Shown in pieces: positions 57,195-64,000 of a stretch of 64,000 nt of DNA. The translations under genes were made by a program, and so were the position numbers. Position 1 is the stretch's first letter. Each line of letters opens with the position of its first letter. Origin of the DNA: Elusimicrobiales bacterium (GTDB lineage: Bacteria; Elusimicrobiota; Elusimicrobia; Elusimicrobiales; UBA9959); assembly GCA_049972095.1 (NCBI GenBank), contig JBMFKQ010000004.1:5727-69726 (forward strand), written 5' to 3'. The notes below the pieces were generated by a model that was not told the origin of the DNA, made no database searches, and saw only the letters and a program-made list of their open reading frames with translations.

Positions 57195-58091
57195 ATGATT
57201 GACTCCTATCTATCAGGGGTTAGAAAAATAGTTGAAAGACGACTGAAAGATTACATAAAAACAAAAAGATATGCTCACCCATTATTAAAGAGATCAATGT
57301 TCTATTCGATCACAGCTGGTGGAAAGAGAATAAGGCCAGCGCTAATGATGCTTTTTTATGAGCTTTCAGGAAAATCAAAACACCAGATAATAGATGCTGC
57401 ATGTGCTATAGAAATGATACACACCTACTCACTCATACACGATGATCTACCCGCTATGGACAACGATGATCTAAGACGAGGCAAACCAACAAACCACAAG
57501 GTTTTCGGTGAAGCCATAGCAATACTTACAGGAGATGCTTTATTGACTGATGCTTTTCAAATGATTTGTTCGATGAAAAATATAAAACCAGAATTTAGAC
57601 TTAAAGCAGTTGAGATCTTGTCTCAAAAATCAGGTTCAAGCGGAATGGTCAGTGGGCAGGTGGCTGACATACTCTATGAAAAAACAAAGGAAAAAAACAA
57701 AGATAAACTCTCAAAAGCAGTATTGTATATACACACTCACAAAACTGCAGATATGATATCAGCTGCATGTATAATTGGAAGGATTTTAAGTGGAAGGATG
57801 GATGACATTAAAACAGTGGAGAGATTTGCAATCCATTTAGGAATTGCCTTTCAAATCACCGATGATATACTTGATGTAACACAAACTGTTGAAAAGCTTG
57901 GTAAAAAACCAAGCGATGAAAAAAATCAAAAACTTACATATGTTAGCCTTTATGGTATAGAAGGATCAAAAAAAATAGCAGAATATGAAATAGGCAAATC
58001 TTTATCTGAACTAAAAAAAATTGAAGGGAAGAAAGAAATCAAAGATATAATAGAAAGTCTTTGTTATTTTATCATAAAGAGAGAGCAATGA
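57195..58091 (+). CDS. ispA: Farnesyl/geranylgeranyl diphosphate synthase
   Basis: GGKRIRP, SLIHDDLPAMDNDDLRRGKPT, HKTA, FQITDDILD. Confidence 0.95.
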   Translation: MIDSYLSGVRKIVERRLKDYIKTKRYAHPLLKRSMFYSITAGGKRIRPALMMLFYELSGKSKHQIIDAACAIEMIHTYSLIHDDLPAMDNDDLRRGKPTNHKVFGEAIAILTGDALLTDAFQMICSMKNIKPEFRLKAVEILSQKSGSSGMVSGQVADILYEKTKEKNKDKLSKAVLYIHTHKTADMISAACIIGRILSGRMDDIKTVERFAIHLGIAFQITDDILDVTQTVEKLGKKPSDEKNQKLTYVSLYGIEGSKKIAEYEIGKSLSELKKIEGKKEIKDIIESLCYFIIKREQ

Positions 58092-59953
58092 GATATCTAC
58101 CCTATATAAAAAACCCAGCTGATCTTAAAAGGCTAAGAGTTGAAGAACTGGATGAGGTAGCAAAAGAGATAAGAGAGCACATAATAAATGTTGTAAGTCA
58201 TAACGGAGGGCACCTCGCGTCAAGCCTTGGGGCAGTAGATATCATAGTTGCACTTCATTATGTATATGATTCCCCAAGGGATAAAATAATATTTGATACA
58301 GGGCATCAAGCATACGCTCATAAAATACTCACAGGAAGGTTTGAAAAATTTGAAACATTGCGAAGATTAGGTGGTATATCAGGTTTTTTAAAAAGATCTG
58401 AAAGCGAACATGATATCTTTGGTGCAGGACATGCTTCTACAGCTCTAAGCGCAGCATGTGGTATTGCTGCAGCAAGAGATATACTTAAAGAAGATTACAA
58501 GGTTGTTTGTGTAGTTGGAGACGGGACATTGACGGGTGGGATGAGTTGGGAGGCAATGCAAAATATTGGTCAACTTAATCAAGATATGCTTGTTGTTTTA
58601 AACGACAACCAGATGTTTATATCGCACAGAGTTGGACAGCTTGGAAAAATACTTACAAAGATTCTAACAAAAGGTTTGATAAAAAACGCTGGAGAAAAAA
58701 TAAAGCTCCTTTTAAACCGATTCCAGTTTGGAGGAAAAAACATCATTAAGGTTGCAAAAAGAGCAAGGGTTATTTTTTTCCCCGGTATGATATTTGAGGA
58801 GATGGGCTTTGCCTACTTTGGCCCAGTAGATGGTCACAATATAAAAGAGCTTGTAGAGGTGCTTGGTTATCTTAAAGACCTTAAAGGCCCGGTGCTTTTG
58901 CATACTATAACAAAGAAGGGTAAAGGATATGAGCATGCCGAAAAAAAACCAATAAGTTTTCATGGCGTCTCAAAATTTGATAAACAATCAGGAGAGGTTA
59001 TAAAAATAGAAACAGAAGAAAAAAAGATAACATTTACTGAGATATTTTCAGATACACTTATTAAACTTGCTGAAAAAAATCCAAAGATAGTTGCAATCAC
59101 TGCGGCGATGCCTGAAGGAACAGGGCTTGATAAATTTAGAGATATATTCCCCTATCGGTATTTTGATGTAGGAATAGCAGAAGAACATGCAGTTACATTT
59201 GCTGCAGGGCTTGCAACACAAGGTTTTCATCCAGTAGTTGCAATATACTCCACTTTTATGCAGAGGGCTTTTGATCAAGTAATGCATGATATTGCTTTAC
59301 AAAAACTACCAATTGTTATATGTATGGACAGATCTGGTATAGTTGGAGAGGATGGTCCAACACATCATGGAGTTTTTGACCTTGGACTTTTTAGAATGCT
59401 TCCTGAAATTATCATTATGGCACCTTCAGATGAAAATGAACTAAAAAATTGTCTTTATAGTGCTTTTGAGCTTAAAAAACCTGTTATTATAAGATATCCA
59501 AGAGGAAGTGGCTTTGGCGTAAAAATATCTGAAAACTATGAGTTTCTTCCCCCACCAAATGCAGTCAAATTAATGGAAGGAAGCGATATGATTATTCTTG
59601 CAACAGGCAGCCGAGTAAATGCTGTAATAAAAGCTAGCAATATGGCAAGGGAAAAAGGAATAAATCCATCAGTTTATTATTTCAGATATGTAAAACCAAT
59701 AGATAGAGAGGTTATAAAAAAGCTTGATGGGAGTAAGGTGATAACAGTTGAGGATAATGCCCTTATGTGCGGTTTTTCAAGCGCTGTTATAGAAGAGATG
59801 GCAGAAATGGGGGTGAAGGCTGATATAATCAGAATAGGCATACCAGACAGATTTATAGAGCATGGCTCATCCTCTGAGCTCTATAAGATACTTGGCATGG
59901 ATGAAGAAGGAATTTTTAAAAAGATAGTTGAAATATCAGCTAAGGCAATATGA
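58088..59953 (+). CDS. dxs: 1-deoxy-D-xylulose-5-phosphate synthase
   Basis: GGHLASSLG, DTGHQAY.HK, GDG...NDN, GIAEEHAV, GEDGPTHHG, IRYPRG; ATGA overlap with ispA. Confidence 0.97.
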   Translation: MRYLPYIKNPADLKRLRVEELDEVAKEIREHIINVVSHNGGHLASSLGAVDIIVALHYVYDSPRDKIIFDTGHQAYAHKILTGRFEKFETLRRLGGISGFLKRSESEHDIFGAGHASTALSAACGIAAARDILKEDYKVVCVVGDGTLTGGMSWEAMQNIGQLNQDMLVVLNDNQMFISHRVGQLGKILTKILTKGLIKNAGEKIKLLLNRFQFGGKNIIKVAKRARVIFFPGMIFEEMGFAYFGPVDGHNIKELVEVLGYLKDLKGPVLLHTITKKGKGYEHAEKKPISFHGVSKFDKQSGEVIKIETEEKKITFTEIFSDTLIKLAEKNPKIVAITAAMPEGTGLDKFRDIFPYRYFDVGIAEEHAVTFAAGLATQGFHPVVAIYSTFMQRAFDQVMHDIALQKLPIVICMDRSGIVGEDGPTHHGVFDLGLFRMLPEIIIMAPSDENELKNCLYSAFELKKPVIIRYPRGSGFGVKISENYEFLPPPNAVKLMEGSDMIILATGSRVNAVIKASNMAREKGINPSVYYFRYVKPIDREVIKKLDGSKVITVEDNALMCGFSSAVIEEMAEMGVKADIIRIGIPDRFIEHGSSSELYKILGMDEEGIFKKIVEISAKAI

Positions 59954-60825
59954 AGAAAGACATAGTTAAAAAGAGCTGGATATACTCTATGGATAAAAAG
60001 GCAATGATAGAAAACATAAAAAGTTCTCAATCATATCAAAAGGCTTATGAGGATTTAAAATTCCTTAAAAGCCCAGAGTTAAGACCAGTTAGATTACAGC
60101 TTGAACTTTTAAAACCAGAGATGATACTTAAAAAACACAAAATAAAGGATACCGTGGTATGTTTCGGCAGTGCAAGAATATTCGATAGATCAGATTTACA
60201 ACAAAGAATAAAAATAATAAAAGAAGAACTTAAAAAAAATCCTAATGACAGTCTTCTCAAAAAGAAACTTAAGGATGCAAAAAAACTTCTTAAATCATCA
60301 AAGTATTATGAGCAAGCAAGGAAATTTGCAAAACTTGTAGCCTCAAACACTGTAAACGGTAAAAAATTTATTATAGTAACAGGTGGTGGGCCCGGAATAA
60401 TGGAGGCTGTAAACAGAGGAGCTTACGAATGTGGAGAAAAAAGTGTTGGACTAAATATCACCCTTCCAACAGAACAGCATCCTAATCCGTATATACACCC
60501 GGAGCTATGTTTTAGATTTCACTATTTTGCTATAAGAAAAATGCATTTTGTAATGAGAGCAAGAGCAATGGTCAGTTTTCCTGGGGGTTTTGGAACAATG
60601 GACGAACTATTTGAGGTTCTTACGCTTGTGCAAACTGGGAAAAAATCAAAGATACCGATCATCCTTTTTGGTAAAGATTATTGGAAGAGTGTGATAAACT
60701 TTAAAAGGATGGCAGAGCTTGGATACATATCTGAGCAGGATCTTAACATATTCTGCTATGCAGATAGTGCTGAGGAGGCATGGAAGATAATCAAAGATTT
60801 CTACGAAAAAAAACATAGCATATGA
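59950..60825 (+). CDS. LOG family nucleotide phosphoribohydrolase-like protein
   Basis: FGSAR, TGGGPGIMEA.NRGA, FHYFAIRK, PGGFGTMDE. Confidence 0.9.
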   Translation: MKKDIVKKSWIYSMDKKAMIENIKSSQSYQKAYEDLKFLKSPELRPVRLQLELLKPEMILKKHKIKDTVVCFGSARIFDRSDLQQRIKIIKEELKKNPNDSLLKKKLKDAKKLLKSSKYYEQARKFAKLVASNTVNGKKFIIVTGGGPGIMEAVNRGAYECGEKSVGLNITLPTEQHPNPYIHPELCFRFHYFAIRKMHFVMRARAMVSFPGGFGTMDELFEVLTLVQTGKKSKIPIILFGKDYWKSVINFKRMAELGYISEQDLNIFCYADSAEEAWKIIKDFYEKKHSI

Positions 60826-62270
60826 AACCTATATTAATACTTTCAACACTTATTGTAAATGCAATTGGCCCATATTTCAATGGGAGTTTTTATCCTTCAT
60901 CACAAAAAGAAACAGAAGATTTTATAAGAAAATATTCTGAAAATCTAAAAAATAAGACATTCTCAAATGCAATAGCACTACTTGTCCCTCATGCCGGCTA
61001 TATCTATTCAGGAAAGGTTCAAGCGCAGGGATACGCAGCGATACCAAAAGCTGATACATACTTTATAATCTCACCCTCTCACAGACATTGGTTTGACGAT
61101 GCTGTAGTATGCAGTAAAAGCTTCTTCATCTTTGAAACAGAGATTGAAACTGACAATTCAATTATAAAAAAACTCACATCATATAGTGATCTATTTAAGG
61201 ATGACTGCTCAAAATTTGTAAATGAACATGCTGTTGAGGTTCAACTTCCATTCCTTAACTATAGATTTAAGAAGGATTTTAAGATAGTTCCTCTTCTTAT
61301 AAACACTCAACAGATCAATAAAATTAAAAAAATTGCAGAAAAAATAAAAACTGCCTGCGATAGCTCAGGCAAGAAAGTCTTTTACATAATATCATCTGAT
61401 CTATCACACTACCCATCCTATGAAAAGGCAAAAAAGTTGGATCTTACATTAATAGAAGCCATAAAGTCGATGGATATTTTTTATATTGATCTCACATCAA
61501 AACTTTTGCTCTCAAAAAAAATAGAAAACTACGAAACATCAGCCTGCGGTCTTGCGGGCATAATGTTAGGTGTTGAGATATCAAAGCTGTATACTGAAAA
61601 TCCATCATTTGAGCTTTTGAAATATTCAAACTCATATGATGAAAATCCATCAATGGCAGATAAAAAAAATGTTGTCGGCTATGCATCAGCCTTCTTTGTT
61701 CCAGCAAAAGAAAAACACAAAAGAGAAAAACTCTCAAAAGAAGAAAAAAGATATCTCTTATCTCTTGCAAGACAATCAATAGAACAAGCATTCGAATCAA
61801 AAGAACTGAATATTCAAGATATATATGACAATCCAAAATTTAATCTTCCAGCAGCAGTTTTCGTAACACTTACACAAAATAAAAATCTAAGGGGATGTAT
61901 GGGAACTACAGAACCAAGATTGATTTTAGGTGACGCCGTCAGATACTTTGCAAGGGTTAGTGCATTTTCAGATCCAAGGTTCATCCCTCTCAAAAAGGAG
62001 GAGCTAAGCAAAACTGCTATAGAAATATCAATTTTATCACCTCTTAGAAAGGTTAAGGATTACACCGAGGTGAGAGAAAAAAAGGATGGAGTTGTTATTG
62101 TATCAAAAAGAGGAAGTGGGCTTTTTCTACCTCAGGTTTGGGAACACTTTTCAAGCAAAGAAGAATTCTTATCTGAACTATGCAGTCAGAAAGCAGGACT
62201 TGAGAGTGATTGCTTTAAAAACAAGGAGAATGAGATATTCGTATTTGATGTAGAGAGTTTTTCGCAATAG
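60822..62270 (+). CDS. AmmeMemoRadiSam proteins B+A fusion (Memo + AMMECR1 domains)
   Basis: GSFYP, PHAGYIYSG, EHAVEVQLPFL, SSDLSHY, ACG, VGYA; FVTL...LRGCMG, DPRF, FLPQVW, KAG. Confidence 0.92.
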   Translation: MKPILILSTLIVNAIGPYFNGSFYPSSQKETEDFIRKYSENLKNKTFSNAIALLVPHAGYIYSGKVQAQGYAAIPKADTYFIISPSHRHWFDDAVVCSKSFFIFETEIETDNSIIKKLTSYSDLFKDDCSKFVNEHAVEVQLPFLNYRFKKDFKIVPLLINTQQINKIKKIAEKIKTACDSSGKKVFYIISSDLSHYPSYEKAKKLDLTLIEAIKSMDIFYIDLTSKLLLSKKIENYETSACGLAGIMLGVEISKLYTENPSFELLKYSNSYDENPSMADKKNVVGYASAFFVPAKEKHKREKLSKEEKRYLLSLARQSIEQAFESKELNIQDIYDNPKFNLPAAVFVTLTQNKNLRGCMGTTEPRLILGDAVRYFARVSAFSDPRFIPLKKEELSKTAIEISILSPLRKVKDYTEVREKKDGVVIVSKRGSGLFLPQVWEHFSSKEEFLSELCSQKAGLESDCFKNKENEIFVFDVESFSQ

Positions 62271-62275
62271 TTTAT

Positions 62276-62530
62276 CTATGATTGTTTGGCAGGTTGCTCC
62301 TGTTTTTTTCTTGGAGGCGGTATAACCTTTGTTGCTTTATAACCCTTTTCAGTTTTCACGGCCTCATAGTTTACTTCCATATTCTGTTTAATGGTTTTAA
62401 AGCCTTCTTTTTCTATCACACTATAATGAACGAATATCTCTTCTGATTCATTTTCAGGGATTATGAATCCGAATCCCTTTTTGTTATTAAACCACTTTAC
62501 TTTTCCTTTTCCGCTTTTACTCCCCTCCAT
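62276..62530 (-). CDS. Cold-shock domain protein
   Basis: GKVKWFN.KKGFGFI (RNP1), IFVHYS (RNP2), GFKT. Confidence 0.95.
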   Translation of the reverse strand: MEGSKSGKGKVKWFNNKKGFGFIIPENESEEIFVHYSVIEKEGFKTIKQNMEVNYEAVKTEKGYKATKVIPPPRKKQEQPAKQS

Positions 62531-62666
62531 ATCCCTCCCTCTTATTAGACATCTTCAACGCCAGAACAAACTGAGGTGCAATCCCCTTTGAGTTTTACGA
62601 AAAACTGCCTTTTTATTTATACACAACCAAGGCTTGTGGCATTATGGCAGCTTCCATAATATTATA
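62531..62666 (-). promoter_or_regulatory. -10 box and long structured 5' UTR of the csp gene
   Basis: TATAAT at 62661-62666, about 125 nt leader with several hairpins, SD AGGGAGG. Confidence 0.5.
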
Positions 62667-62672
62667 CTAAAT

Positions 62673-64000
62673 TTATTCATTCCATACTACATAACCAGGA
62701 ATGAATATATCAGGAAGATTTTTGTTAAAAGGAACTGCTCTTACTGCCATATCATATCTTCCACTTCTATAACACTTTATATCAGCAGAATAAACAGCAT
62801 TGTTAACTGAAATGTTTTCAACCTTCATCTCAATTGATCTTCCATACTTAAACATATTATCCCCATCAAGACAACCTACAACACACTCAACCTTTATATC
62901 ATCTGTTTTAAGTCCATTCAAATTAACAACAGCTTTAACATTTATACTACTTGCAGTTTTTATTTCTCCATCATGTTTGAAATCAAGATATATCTTAACA
63001 CCATAAAAATTACTAAGAATCCTTTTCCACCAATCTCCTATATCTTTTATTATATTATAGTCTTTGAGATTTTCATAATAGCCATGAGCCTTAACATAGA
63101 ATTTTTTATAATACTCTGTTAGCATTCTATCAGTGTTAAAGAAAGCAGAAAGTTTTGAAACAGAATTTTTCATCATTCTTATCCACTTTCTTGGAATACC
63201 ATTTTCCCTCTCATCATAATAAAGCGGAACTATGACTTTCTCAAGAAGGTTGTATAGAGACTCTGACTCAACATAATCCCTCTCCTCATCATTTCTATAT
63301 TCCTCCATCCCTCCTATAGCCCAACCAACATCAGGTGAATAACCCTCAACCCACCATCCATCAAGCACTGAAAGATTAAGAGTGCCATTTATTGCAGCCT
63401 TCATACCGCTTGTACCACTTGCTTCAAGTGGTCTTATTGGGTTATTCAACCATACATCAACTCCCTGAACCATATACCTTGCAACATTCATATTATAGTC
63501 TTCAACAAAAACAATTCTTGATTTAAACCTTTTATCTAAACTTAATGAAGCAACCTGTTTTATTAGCTCTTTACCTGCAAGATCAATCGGATGTGCCTTA
63601 CCAGCTATTATAAACTGAACAGGTCTTTCATCACTATTAACTATCTTTGAAAGGCGTTCAATATTTTTCATAAAAAGATTTGCTCTTTTATATGTTGCAA
63701 ATCTTCTTGCAAAGCCTATTGTAAGATAATCTGGATTTAAAACACCTTCAAGCTCCCTTATTACTGTTGTATCAGCGCCAAGCCTTTTGTATTGTCTTAT
63801 AAGCCTTTCCCTTACAAGCTTTATAAGTTTTTCTTTTCTTATTCTTTTGATCTCCCACATCTTATCATCAGGAATTTCATTAATTTTATCCCATAAATAA
63901 TTCTCAACCGTTGTTTCGCCACATTTCTCAGCACCTATATAATTCTTGTAAACATCATAATGCTCATGGCTTATCCAAGAGTGTGTATGCACACCGTTTG
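62673..64000 (-). CDS. glgP: Alpha-glucan (glycogen) phosphorylase, 5' end outside the window
   Basis: IGFARRFATYKRA, AGKAHP, DVWLNNP.RPLEASGTSGMKA, LDGWW.EGY; frame is open to the window edge. Confidence 0.95.
   Translation of the reverse strand, partial: NGVHTHSWISHEHYDVYKNYIGAEKCGETTVENYLWDKINEIPDDKMWEIKRIRKEKLIKLVRERLIRQYKRLGADTTVIRELEGVLNPDYLTIGFARRFATYKRANLFMKNIERLSKIVNSDERPVQFIIAGKAHPIDLAGKELIKQVASLSLDKRFKSRIVFVEDYNMNVARYMVQGVDVWLNNPIRPLEASGTSGMKAAINGTLNLSVLDGWWVEGYSPDVGWAIGGMEEYRNDEERDYVESESLYNLLEKVIVPLYYDERENGIPRKWIRMMKNSVSKLSAFFNTDRMLTEYYKKFYVKAHGYYENLKDYNIIKDIGDWWKRILSNFYGVKIYLDFKHDGEIKTASSINVKAVVNLNGLKTDDIKVECVVGCLDGDNMFKYGRSIEMKVENISVNNAVYSADIKCYRSGRYDMAVRAVPFNKNLPDIFIPGYVVWNE

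Noticed and set aside
98-63006. Numerous 60-205 aa antisense or out-of-frame ORFs (for example 1872-2489, 11100-11513, 34142-34582, 39663-40070, 49347-49781)
   Set aside because: They lie within well-supported genes, lack motifs and SD sites, and have shadow-ORF composition

Overview
AT-rich, gene-dense bacterial chromosome segment read with genetic code 11. The gene content suggests a diderm, probably anaerobic fermenter; an Elusimicrobiota-like organism is my inference, not proven. About 60 CDSs and one tRNA-Ser(UGA) are present. I found no rRNA, CRISPR array, IS element or prophage. Main blocks in order: nitroreductase-pyrC-pyrD-split DUF4254-GT9; hpf-hprK-rapZ-mannose-family PTS with a GH57 glucanotransferase inserted, then ptsH-ptsI-lepA; tRNA-Ser plus a decayed islet; rpsF-ssb-rpsR-rplI; lpdA; DUF1646-tnaA-glcD/E fusion-glcF; sucCD-corA-rimO-queCE-osmC; a divergent K+-independent membrane pyrophosphatase (hppA) followed by a ~16-TM protein; degP, Thermococcales-type hypA and ATPase-type hypB, then a BtuFCD-like ABC transporter; a group 3b NiFe hydrogenase operon; rsmD-RecB-like nuclease-uppP-AI-2E; a REC-MBL fusion with an eroded metal site; ispA-dxs-LOG-AmrB/A; csp; partial glycogen phosphorylase. 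The best candidate for a new system is hppA plus the adjacent ~16-TM protein, which looks like a catalytically stripped PPase paralogue and could form a heterodimer. All family assignments come from motif recognition by eye; no searches were run.
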